From: an uncultured beta proteobacterium
GTDB lineage: Bacteria > Pseudomonadota > Gammaproteobacteria > Burkholderiales > Casimicrobiaceae
DNA: 64,000 nt
Reading direction: 5' to 3'
Assembly (NCBI GenBank): GCA_963707815.1
Contig: CAVPRK010000024.1
Coordinates: 57,457 to 121,456 of the forward strand
The notes beneath the pieces were generated by a model. The model searched no databases and was not told the origin of the DNA. It worked only from the letters and a program-made list of their open reading frames with translations. Below, one piece after another: positions 20,895 to 31,727 of the stretch; positions within the stretch are counted from its first letter, which is position 1; the number at the start of each line of letters is the position of its first letter. Position numbers and translations under genes: made by a program.

Positions 20895-23154
20895 CTACAT
20901 GGCGCCGTGGAAGGTGCGGTTGATCACGTCGAGCTGCTGCTCCTTGGTGAGCTTGACGAAGTTGACCGCGTAGCCGGAGACGCGGATCGTGAGCTGCGGA
21001 TACTTGTCCGGGTTCTTCATCGCGTCCTGCAGCGTTTCGCGGTTCAGCACGTTGATGTTCACGTGGAAGCCGCCGATCGAGAAGTACGCGTCCAGCGCAT
21101 TGACGCCGCGCGCGAGCCGCTCCTCCAGGCTGCCGAGCGCCGACGGCACCACCGACAGCGTGAGCGAGATGCCGTCCTCGGCGTCGTCGTACGGGATCTT
21201 GGCGACCGACATGAGCGCCGCCAGCGCGCCGTGCGTGTCGCGTCCCGTTGGACGGGTTGGCGCCGGGCGCGAACGGCTGCGCCCTTCTGGCGGCCGTCCG
21301 GCGTGTTGCCCGTCGCCTTGCCGTACACGACGTTGGACGTAATGGTGAGCACCGACTGCGTGTGCACCGCAGTTGCGATAGCTCGGATACATGCGGATCT
21401 TGTTCATCATCATCGACACGAGCATGCTGCGCGATGTCGTCCGCGCGGTCGTCGTTGTTGCCGAAGCACGGAAAGTCGCCCTCGGTCTTGAAGTCGACGA
21501 TGATGCCGCGCTCGTCGCGCACCGGCGCGACCTTCGCGTACTTGATCGCCGACAGGCTGTCGGCGGCGTGCGAGAGGCCGGCGATGCCGCAGGCGAGGGT
21601 GCGCAGGATGTCGCGGTCGTGCAGCGCCATCTCGATCGCCTCGTAGCAATACTTGTCGTGCATGTAGTGGATGACGTTGAGCGCGTTGACGTACGTCTTC
21701 GCGAGCCAGTCCATCATCGGGTCGAGGCGCTCCATCACCTCGTCGTAGTCGAGCACGTCTCCGAGGATGGGCGCCATCTTCGGGCCGACCTGCTGGCCGC
21801 TCACTTCGTCGCGGCCGCCGTTGAGGGCGTAGAGCAGCGTCTTCGGCAGATTCACGCGCGCCCCGAAGAACTGCATCTGCTTGCCGACGCGCATGGCCGA
21901 CACGCAGCAGGCGATCGCGCAGTCGTCGCCCCACTTGGGCCGCATGAGATCGTCGGACTCGTACTGGATGGCGCTGGTGTCGATCGACGTCTTGATCGCG
22001 AATCGCTTGAAACCGTCCGGCAGCCGCGTCGACCAGAAGACCGTGAGGTTGGGCTCGGGGGCCGGGCCCAGGTTGTAGAGCGTGTGCAGCATGCGGAACG
22101 CGCACTTGGTGACGAGCGTGCGGCCGTCCTCGCCCATGCCGCCGACGACCTCGGTGACCCAAACCGGATCGCCGGAGAAGAGCTGGTTGTATTCGGGCGC
22201 GCGCAGGAAGCGGACGATGCGCCACTTGATCACGACGTCGTCGACGATTTCCTGCGCCTGCGACTCGGTGAGCACGCCCTCGCGCAGGTCGCGCTCGAAG
22301 TAGATGTCCCAGAACGTGGACAGGCGGCCGGCCGACATCGCCGCGCCGTTCTGCTGCTTGATGGCAGCGAGGTAGCCGAAGTAGGTCCACTGCACGGCCT
22401 CGCGCGCGTTGGTCGCCGGCCCGGAGATGTCGTAGCCGTAGCGCGTGGCCATTTCCTTCAGCTCTTCCAGCGAGCGGATCTGCTCGGAGAGCTCCTCGCG
22501 CGAGCGGATGATGTCCTCGGTCGAATGCCGGTCGTCGAGATCGCGCTTCTCGCGCTTCTTGTCGGCGATCAGGAAGTCCACGCCGTAGAGGGCGACCCGG
22601 CGGTAATCGCCGATGATGCGGCCGCGGCCGTAGGCGTCGGGCAGACCGGTGACGATTCCCGACGAGCGCGCCTTGCGGATCTCGGGTGTGTATGCGTCGA
22701 ACACGCCGTCGTTGTGCGTCCGGCGGTACTTGGTGAAGATCTCGCCGACCCTTTCGTCCGGCTTGTATCCGTAGGCTTCGAGGCTCGATGCGACCACGCG
22801 CCAGCCGCCGAAGGGCATGATCGCGCGCTTGAGCGGCGCGTCCGTTTGCAGGCCGACGATGATCTCGTTGTCCTTGTCGATGTAGCCCGGGTCGTGCGCG
22901 AGGATGCTCGACGGAACTTGCGACACGTCGAGGATGCCCTTCTCGCGCTCTTGTGCGAGGAGCGGGCCGAGCTTGTTCCATATCCCGAGCGTGCGCTCGG
23001 TCGCCCCCGCGAGGAACGCGCCGTCGCCTTCGTACGGCGTGTAGTTGCGCTGGATGAAGTCGCGGACGTTGACGCGCTGTTGCCACGAGCCCGGCGTGAA
23101 GTCCCGCCATGCCGTCTCCGTCCGATCGCTTTGCGAACCCAGAACCGTTGCCAT
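20895..23154 (-). CDS. pflB: Pyruvate formate-lyase (frameshifts at about 21240-21430)
   Basis: [39 protein letters not shown], active-site IACCVS, glycyl-radical motif [11 protein letters not shown]. Confidence 0.95.
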
Positions 23155-23175
23155 GATGCTTCTCCTTGCGTGCGA

Positions 23176-23580
23176 CTACGGCACGACCTTGTTGAGCTCC
23201 GGTGTGCCAGCTTTCGCCTTGATCTTGGGCGGCGGCGGCGTCTTGTCGCCGGCGGCCTTGGTCGCGGCGTCGCCGGCGGCGCCCGTATAGCCTTTCGCCG
23301 TGCCGGCAGTCGCCGACTTCAATGCTTCCTGCTTGGCGGCGTTATCGGGCGTGACGCTCGGCGTGTCCTTGCTCTTGGCGGCTTTGGTGGCGTCGTCCGC
23401 TGCCGCGCCCGTGTAGCCCTTGGCGGTGCCCGCGGTGGCGCTCTTGAGGTTTCCGCGCGACGCCTTCTGCCTCGCGTTCGCCGCCTCGGCCGGCGTCATC
23501 TCCTGGGGCGGTGACGGGGTCTGGGCAACAGCGATAGCGCACGCAACGGCGGCGACCACCGCGACGATCGACTTGCTCAT
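23176..23580 (-). CDS. Exported Ala/Lys/Thr-rich protein with an internal duplication
   Basis: Signal peptide MSKSIVAVVAAVACAIAVA, LKSATAGTAKGYTGAA present twice, GGAGAG SD. Confidence 0.7.
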   Translation of the reverse strand: MSKSIVAVVAAVACAIAVAQTPSPPQEMTPAEAANARQKASRGNLKSATAGTAKGYTGAAADDATKAAKSKDTPSVTPDNAAKQEALKSATAGTAKGYTGAAGDAATKAAGDKTPPPPKIKAKAGTPELNKVVP

Positions 23581-23798
23581 AGTGCTCTCCTCGGGACGGG
23601 GACGCTCGCTACTCGCGTGCGGCAACCCCGGAAAAATTGCATTGCAGAAAAAAGCTATCCGCGCGCGGCGATCGACGGAGGCGAGATAGGCACGGAGCGT
23701 AGATCCGTGTCTGCCGCGTTGGATTCTTTTCTTCTTGGCGAACGACCGAGCTCACCGGTAGTGTAGTCCACACCGCGCTCGGGGTGTCAACTCCATCG

Positions 23799-25199
<1,401 letters not shown>

Positions 25200-25279
25200 C
25201 GTGACGATTCCTTAATTGAGAAGCGGGCGACCGGCGCGCGAAGTGCCTGCCGTCGGAGCCGCTTTTCCATCAGAAGTTT

Positions 25280-26740
25280 TCAGAACAATGGCGGAAAGCC
25301 GGTGTCGCGATCGGCCGGCGGCGGCGCAGTGTCGCCGGTCATCTTGTCCGCCTCGACCACCCAGCCGCCGCCCATCGCCTTGTAGATGTTGACGCTGGAC
25401 GAGAACACCGACGCACGCAGCGACGCGAGCTGCAGCTCGGCGGGGAACAGCGACTGCTCGGCCTGCAGCACGGTCGTGTACGACGTGTAGCCGCCGTTGA
25501 ACTGCAGCGTGGCGAGCTGCGCATAGCTCTTGAGCGCGTTCACGAGTCGTTCCTGCGCGGCCTGCTGCTCGATGAGCTTCTGGTTGGCGACGAGGGAGTT
25601 CTCGACGTCGGCAAACGCGTTCTGGATCGAGTACTGGTAGTTGTAAAGCGCCGCCTTTTGCGCAGCTTCTGCCTGTGCGACCTGGCCGCTCACGGCGCCG
25701 AAGCTGAAGATCGGTCCCACGAGCTGGCCTGCGTAGCTCCAGACCCGCGCGGGACCGGTGAACAAATTGGACAATTGCGAGCTCGACGAGCCGGCCGCGC
25801 CGGTGAGCGAGATCGCCGGGAAATACAGCGCGCGCGCGGCGCCGATCTGCGCGTTGGCGGCGATGAGCGAGTCCTCTGCCTGAAGCAGGTCTGGGCGGCG
25901 CGTCAAGAGCTCCGACGGCACGCCGGCCGGCACCTTCGGCAGCACGAGCTCGTAAACCGTCTTGCCGCGCGGGATCGGTCCCGGGTTGCGGCCGACCAGC
26001 ACCGATAGTGCGTTCTCGGTCTGCGCGATCTGCGACTCGATCAACGGGATCTGCACGGCAGCGGTCTCGTATTGCGACTGCACCTGCGAGACCTGCATCT
26101 GCGACACCTGCCCGTACTGGAACTGCAGCTGGTACAGCCGCACCGACTCGCCGTATGCGCCGAGCGTGCGCTTGGCCACCGCGAGCTGCTCGTCGAGCCC
26201 GCGCAGCGTGAGGTAGTTGCTCGCCACGGAGGAGACGAGCGACAGGATGACGCCGCGGCGCGCTTCGTCGGTGGCGAGAAGATTCGCGCGAGCACCTTCG
26301 CTCAAGCGCCGGATGCGGCCCCACAGGTCGATCTCCCAGCTCGCGCTCAGGAGCGCCTCGTACGAGGACTGCGGATTGGGAATGCCGGCCGATAGCTGCG
26401 GCGTCGCGGTCGATTCGCTGACGCGCCCGCGGCCCGCGCTGCCGTTGTAGCCGAGCTGCGGGAAAAGCGACGAGCGCGTCTGAGTGAGCACGCCGGCCGC
26501 CTGCTCGACGTTGGCCGCCGCGACCTTGACGTTCTGATTGTTGGCGAGCGCGTCGGCGATCAGCTGGTCGAGCACCGGGTCGTTGAACTGATGCCACCAC
26601 TGCGTGTTGGCGGTGTCGGCCGCATCCTTGGACTCGTAGATGAAAGCGTTCGGTGCGTCGACCGGCGGCTTCACGTAATCGGGGCCGACCATGCAACCGG
26701 CGAGCAGCAGCGTAAGCGCCAGAATGCCGCTGCCCCTCAC
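25280..26740 (-). CDS. Outer-membrane efflux channel lipoprotein, NodT/OprM family (start GTG 26740 or ATG 26935)
   Basis: Lipobox LAGC followed by MVGPDY, WEIDLWGRIRR, PSELLTRRPD, YKAMGGGW. Confidence 0.9.
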   Translation of the reverse strand: MRGSGILALTLLLAGCMVGPDYVKPPVDAPNAFIYESKDAADTANTQWWHQFNDPVLDQLIADALANNQNVKVAAANVEQAAGVLTQTRSSLFPQLGYNGSAGRGRVSESTATPQLSAGIPNPQSSYEALLSASWEIDLWGRIRRLSEGARANLLATDEARRGVILSLVSSVASNYLTLRGLDEQLAVAKRTLGAYGESVRLYQLQFQYGQVSQMQVSQVQSQYETAAVQIPLIESQIAQTENALSVLVGRNPGPIPRGKTVYELVLPKVPAGVPSELLTRRPDLLQAEDSLIAANAQIGAARALYFPAISLTGAAGSSSSQLSNLFTGPARVWSYAGQLVGPIFSFGAVSGQVAQAEAAQKAALYNYQYSIQNAFADVENSLVANQKLIEQQAAQERLVNALKSYAQLATLQFNGGYTSYTTVLQAEQSLFPAELQLASLRASVFSSSVNIYKAMGGGWVVEADKMTGDTAPPPADRDTGFPPLF

Positions 26741-26907
26741 CCCGGCCCTCTCCCCGCTCGCGGGGAGAGGGGGAGAAAGCGAGGCGGGCGAGCGCCAGCG
26801 AGCAAGGCCCGAAGGGCGCGTCGCCGAGCGACCGAGAAACGACCGACGACACTGCGCACCCTTATCTCCCTGCTCGCGGAGGGAGTGCCCGACAGGGCCG
26901 GTGAGGG
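26733..26907. repeat. Composite palindromic REP-like element
   Basis: Begins CCCCTCACCCCGG with an 11-bp hairpin CCCTCTCCCCG-ctcg-CGGGGAGAGGG (26746-26771). Ends in a degenerate inverted copy ...GGGCCGGTGAGGG. Terminal CCCTCACC/GGTGAGGG inverted repeat. Confidence 0.65.
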
Positions 26908-26921
26908 ATTTGCGCGCTGTC

Positions 26922-29900
26922 TCAGTCGTCAGCATGCTGCGGCGCCGGTGGCGGCGCTTCCTTCTTTTCCTTGTCCTTCTCCTTCTTCCCTTCCGTCATC
27001 CTGTCGAAGAGATAGAAGAGCAGCGGAACGTAAAGCATCGCGAGCGTCGTTTCTCCGAGCATGCCGCCGATGATGCCGGTGCCGATCGAATGGCGCGCGT
27101 TGGCGCCCGCCCCGACCGCGAGCGCGAGCGGGAGCACGCCGATCGCGAAGGCGAGCGAGGTCATGATGATCGGGCGCAGGCGCTGCTCGCCCGCGAGGAT
27201 GGTCGCTTCCATGATCGACTTGCCCTGGTTGCGGAAGTCGATGGCCGCCGATACGCGCAGCACGGCGTTCTTGGCACCGAGGCCGATCAGCACGAGGAGG
27301 CCGATCTGGAAGTAGACGTCGTTGTCGAGGCCCCGCAGATGATTGGTGAGGAGCGCACCGAGGATCCCGAACGGCACCGCCGACATCACCGCACCGGGCA
27401 GCGTCCACGATTCGTATTGCGCGGCCAGCACCAGGAACACGATGATGAAGCCGAACACGAACGCGAGTCCCGACGTGCCGCCCGATTTCTTTTCCTCGAA
27501 CGCGAGCCCGGACCACGCGAACGTGTAGCCCGGCGGCAGGACTTCCTTCGCGATCGCTTCCATCGTGGCGATTGCATCGCCCGAGCTGTAGCCCGCCGCC
27601 GCGTTGCCGTTGATCTTCGCGGCTGGGAATCCGTTGAAGTGCGGCAGGATGTCGGGGCCGGAGGTCCACTGCGTGGATACGACGGACGACAGCGGCACCA
27701 TCTGGTTGTTGTTGTTGCGCGTGTAGAGGCGCGTCAGGTCCTCCGGGTTCTGCCGGTACTGCGCGTCGGACTGGACGATCACCCACCACACGTTGGAAAA
27801 GAGGTTGTACTGGCTCACCGTGAGCGAGCCGAACTGCGCCTGGATCGCGCTGTACACGTCCTGGATCGGAATGCCGAGCAGCTGCGTCTTCTCGCGGTCC
27901 ACGCTGGCGCGGAGCTGTTGCGTGCTCGCGGTGTACGTAGTCGCGAGGCCGGTGAGCTTCGGGTCCTCGCGCGCCTTCTTGAGGAAGTCCTGCAGCACGC
28001 CCTCGAGGGCGACCGGATCGCCGGTGCCCGTGTCCTGGATCCAGAACTCGAAGCCGCCCGTGGTGCCGATGCCAGGGATCGCGGGCGGCGCGATGGGAAT
28101 CACGATCGCGCCTTCGATCTTGCGCGCCTCCGCGAAGAACGACTGCAGGATCGTGCGCACGTTCTCCTTCTTCGCGGTGTCGATGTTCTTGTAGCGGTCG
28201 TCGAAGGGGCTGAAGGTCACGAAGATCGTGCCCGAGTTGGTCTTGAAGCCGCTGTCGAGCAGGGAATAGCCGGTCACGACGCTGCGCGTCTCGACACCCG
28301 GAATCGCCTTGAAGATCGCGTCGGCCTTGTTGGCGATCTCCTGCGTGCGCGAGAGGCTCGCCGCCTGCGGCATGATGATCGCCGCGAACGCGTAGCCCTG
28401 GTCCTCATTCGGAACGAACGAGGTCGGGATCACCTTGAACAGGTGATAGATCGAGTAGATGAACACCGCGAGCAGCACCAGCGCGATGACCGCGAACTTG
28501 ATCACGTACGTGACCGCGACGCCGAACGCCTGCGTGACGCGGTCCACCTGGCGGTTGAACCAGGCAAACGGGCCTTTGGTCGGCGGCGGGTTGTGCTTGA
28601 GCAATACCGCGCACATGGCCGGCGTGATCGTCAGTGCGCAGAAGCCCGAGACCGACACGGAGATCACGATCGTGATCGCGAACTGCTTGTAGAGCTGGCC
28701 GGTGGTGCCCGGGAGGAACGCCGCCGGGATGAACACCGAGCACATCACGAGCACGACGGCGATGAGCGAAGTCGCGATCTCGCCCATCGATTTTATGGTC
28801 GCCTCCTTGGGGCCGAGGTTGTGCTGGTGCATGTTGCGCTCGACGTTCTCGCATACCACGATGGCGTCGTCGACGACCATGCCGATGGCGAGCACGAGGC
28901 CGAACAGCGTGAGCAGGTTGATCGAGAAACCCAGCGCCAGCATCCCGGTGAAGGTGGCGATCAGCGCCACCACGATGGCCACGGCACAGATCAACGTCGT
29001 GCGGAAGCTCTGCAGGAACAGGTAGACGATCAGGACCACGAGCACGATCGCCTCGAAGAGGGTGACGATCACTTCGTGGATGGACAGCCGGACGAAGTCG
29101 TTGGTGTCGAGGGCGATGCGGTACTCCATCCCGTCCGGGAAGGAGGCCTTCATGTCCTCCATCGTCTTGCGCACCGCCGCCGATACGTCGAGCCCGTTGG
29201 CACCCGGTTGCTGATACACCGCGATGAACGTCGCCGGCGTGCCGTTCATCTGGCTGTCGACGATGTACTGCTGGAGGCCGATCTCGGCGCGGGCGACGTC
29301 GCCGACACGCACTATCGCGCTGCCGTCCTGGCTCGCGCGCAGGATGATGTTCAGGTACTGATTGGGCTCGGTGAACTGCGGCTGCGTGATGACCGGGAAG
29401 GTGAGCTCGACCGGCCCCGCGTTCGGCTGCTGCCCGATTTGCCCGGCGCCGAACAGCTGGTTCTGCTGGTTGATCGCGTTGGCGATGTCCGATGTCGTGA
29501 TCCCGAGCGACGCCATGCGATCGGGGTTCATCCAGATCCGCATCGCCTGGTTGGGCACGCCCATGATCTGCGCCTGGCCCGCGCCGTTGACGCGCTTCAG
29601 CGCGTTCAGCACGTACACGTTCGCGTAGTTCGCGATGTAGTTCGCGCTGTAGCGGTTCTCCTTCGCGTACACCGCGACCAGCATCATGATCGACGAGGAC
29701 TTCTTCTGGACGTTGACGCCCTGCTGCACGACCGCCGACGGCAGCTGCGGCATCGCGAGGTTCACGCGGTTCTGCACCTGCACCTGCGCGATGTCGGGGT
29801 CGGTGTCGAGCGAGAAGTACACCGTCATCGTGAGCTGGCCGGTCGAGCTGCTGATCGACGACATGTAGAGCATGTTGTCGACACCGTTGATCTGCTGCTC

Positions 29901-30098
29901 GATCGGTGATGCCACCGAGCTTGCGAGCGTCGCCGAGTCCGCGCCCGGATAGGTGGCGGACACGGTGACCTGCACCGGGGTGATGCTGGGATACTGCGCG
30001 ACCGGCAGCAGGTACATCGACACGCCGCCGGCGAGGCAGATGATGATCGCGACGACCGCCGCGAATATCGGCCGATCGATGAAGAAGCGCGAGAGCAT
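26922..30098 (-). CDS. RND efflux permease (AcrB/HAE1 type)
   Basis: FFIDRPIFA start; proton-relay motifs VDDAIVV.ENVER, AKNAVL, RLRPIIMTS. Intact 1058 aa. Confidence 0.95.
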   Translation of the reverse strand: MLSRFFIDRPIFAAVVAIIICLAGGVSMYLLPVAQYPSITPVQVTVSATYPGADSATLASSVASPIEQQINGVDNMLYMSSISSSTGQLTMTVYFSLDTDPDIAQVQVQNRVNLAMPQLPSAVVQQGVNVQKKSSSIMMLVAVYAKENRYSANYIANYANVYVLNALKRVNGAGQAQIMGVPNQAMRIWMNPDRMASLGITTSDIANAINQQNQLFGAGQIGQQPNAGPVELTFPVITQPQFTEPNQYLNIILRASQDGSAIVRVGDVARAEIGLQQYIVDSQMNGTPATFIAVYQQPGANGLDVSAAVRKTMEDMKASFPDGMEYRIALDTNDFVRLSIHEVIVTLFEAIVLVVLIVYLFLQSFRTTLICAVAIVVALIATFTGMLALGFSINLLTLFGLVLAIGMVVDDAIVVCENVERNMHQHNLGPKEATIKSMGEIATSLIAVVLVMCSVFIPAAFLPGTTGQLYKQFAITIVISVSVSGFCALTITPAMCAVLLKHNPPPTKGPFAWFNRQVDRVTQAFGVAVTYVIKFAVIALVLLAVFIYSIYHLFKVIPTSFVPNEDQGYAFAAIIMPQAASLSRTQEIANKADAIFKAIPGVETRSVVTGYSLLDSGFKTNSGTIFVTFSPFDDRYKNIDTAKKENVRTILQSFFAEARKIEGAIVIPIAPPAIPGIGTTGGFEFWIQDTGTGDPVALEGVLQDFLKKAREDPKLTGLATTYTASTQQLRASVDREKTQLLGIPIQDVYSAIQAQFGSLTVSQYNLFSNVWWVIVQSDAQYRQNPEDLTRLYTRNNNNQMVPLSSVVSTQWTSGPDILPHFNGFPAAKINGNAAAGYSSGDAIATMEAIAKEVLPPGYTFAWSGLAFEEKKSGGTSGLAFVFGFIIVFLVLAAQYESWTLPGAVMSAVPFGILGALLTNHLRGLDNDVYFQIGLLVLIGLGAKNAVLRVSAAIDFRNQGKSIMEATILAGEQRLRPIIMTSLAFAIGVLPLALAVGAGANARHSIGTGIIGGMLGETTLAMLYVPLLFYLFDRMTEGKKEKDKEKKEAPPPAPQHADD

Positions 30099-30115
30099 CG
30101 GCCGCCGTCCGTGAG

Positions 30116-31618
30116 CTACTGCTTCATGGTGACGTCGACCCGGCGCGCCTGCTCGTCGCTGCCGCTGCCGGTGACGTCGGCCGGCGCCGCCAGCACGATG
30201 CGCTTGGACTCGACGCCCAGAGCGACCAGCTCATCGCGCACGCTCTGCGCCCGCTTCTTCGCGAGGTCCACGTTGGCCGCCGAGTTGCCGGTCTTGTCGG
30301 CGTAACCGGTGATGACGACCTGCGTGCCGATGCCGATGTACGCGGCGGCCGCGACGCGGATGGTGCGCCGCGCGTCCGCGTTGAGCGTGGACTGTCCCTT
30401 GTCGAAAAGCACGTGCACCGCGGAAGGCGTAGCGGCGGGATAGGCGGGTGGCGCCATGGTCTTGGCGACGGTCGTCGCGGCGGGCGGCGTGTACGCAGCT
30501 GCCTTCACGTCCGCGCCGGCGGAGAGCCGTACGCCCCCGTCCACGACCACCTTGTCGCCGTTGGCGAGGCCTTCGGAAATGAACCAGCCTTCGCCCTTCC
30601 ATTCGCCGACCGTGACCGGCCGCAGCTCGGCCTTGTTCTGCGCGTTCACGACCCAGACGAAATGGCCTTTCGCGCTCTGCTGCACGGCGCGCTGCGGCAC
30701 TACGACGGCGTTCGGCCGGATGGAGCCGGTCAGGCGCACGCGAACGTATTGGTTGGGCCGCAGCACGCCGGCGGGGTTGTTCACCGTCGCGCGCAGCAGG
30801 AAGGTGCCGGTGGTGGGGTTATACGACGGGTCCGCGAAGGTGATGGCGCCGGTGTACGGGAAGAGGTTGCCGTCGACCATTTCGACTTCGACGATGAACT
30901 TGCCGCCTTCGGGGAGCTTGAGCCTTCCGGCGCGCACGTCGTTGCGGATGCGCTCCATCTCGTTCTCCGAGATGCTGAAGTTGATCCACATCGGCGTCAG
31001 CACCGAGACGGTCGTGAGCTGCGCATTAGTGGGGCTCAAGTACGTGCCGTCCGCAACGAGCGAGTAACTCGATACGCCGTCGACGGGCGCGCGGATCGTC
31101 GTGTAAGAGAGGTTGAGCTGCGCCGTCTCGAGCTGTGCCTGCGCCCCCTGCACGGCGGCCTGCGCCTGCGCGTATTGTCCTGTCGCGTCGTCCAGGTCCT
31201 TCTGCGACAATGCCTGCTGCTGCGCGAGCGGTTTGGTGCGATCGAGATTCTGCTTCGCGACCACCATCGCCGCCTGCTGCCGCTCGAGCGTGGCCTTGGC
31301 CGCGTCGACCTGCGCCTGGAACGGCTTGGGGTCCATCTGGAACATCACCTGGCCGTTCTTGACCACCGCGCCTTCGGTGTAGACGCGCTTGTCGAGCCAG
31401 CCGGACACGCGGGCCTGGATGTTGACGGCTTGCACGCTCTGCGTTTGCGCGACGTAGACAGCGGTGACCGGCACGTCGGCGCGCTGCACCGTCAGCACGG
31501 TGACGTCGATGGGACCCTTTTCGGGCGCCTTCGGTGCTTCGCGGCCGCACGCGACGAGGAGGAGCGCGCAAACTGCAATGGCCATGCGCGCGGGGAGCAG
31601 GGCATGCGAACGATTCAT
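30116..31618 (-). CDS. RND periplasmic adaptor (MFP) lipoprotein with a C-terminal OmpA-like domain
   Basis: Lipobox LVACG, IQARVSG, LSYTTIRAPVDG, VPQRAVQ, GLANGDKVVVDG. Then a Pro/Ala linker and VLFDKGQSTL...ITGYADKTG...NVDLAKKRAQSV...ARRVDV. Confidence 0.9.
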   Translation of the reverse strand: MNRSHALLPARMAIAVCALLLVACGREAPKAPEKGPIDVTVLTVQRADVPVTAVYVAQTQSVQAVNIQARVSGWLDKRVYTEGAVVKNGQVMFQMDPKPFQAQVDAAKATLERQQAAMVVAKQNLDRTKPLAQQQALSQKDLDDATGQYAQAQAAVQGAQAQLETAQLNLSYTTIRAPVDGVSSYSLVADGTYLSPTNAQLTTVSVLTPMWINFSISENEMERIRNDVRAGRLKLPEGGKFIVEVEMVDGNLFPYTGAITFADPSYNPTTGTFLLRATVNNPAGVLRPNQYVRVRLTGSIRPNAVVVPQRAVQQSAKGHFVWVVNAQNKAELRPVTVGEWKGEGWFISEGLANGDKVVVDGGVRLSAGADVKAAAYTPPAATTVAKTMAPPAYPAATPSAVHVLFDKGQSTLNADARRTIRVAAAAYIGIGTQVVITGYADKTGNSAANVDLAKKRAQSVRDELVALGVESKRIVLAAPADVTGSGSDEQARRVDVTMKQ

Positions 31619-31727
31619 GGCGATAACCCGGGCAACGCAGGATCAGCGATCGACTGAATGCGCGCGGGCGAGCAAGCGAGCCGCGCGGCACCGCCCACGT
31701 TTTACCGCAGATGGCGCGGTTTGTCGA

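Noticed and set aside
20895-21425. Separate autonomous glycyl-radical protein (GrcA/YfiD-like)
   Set aside because: It is the C-terminus of PflB split off by indels. The upstream PflB frame lacks its own RVSGY motif.
26691-29909. 1072-aa + strand ORF, and similar long antisense ORFs such as 21391-23514 and 23784-25385
   Set aside because: These are shadow frames opposite well-supported genes in high-GC DNA, with no recognisable motifs.
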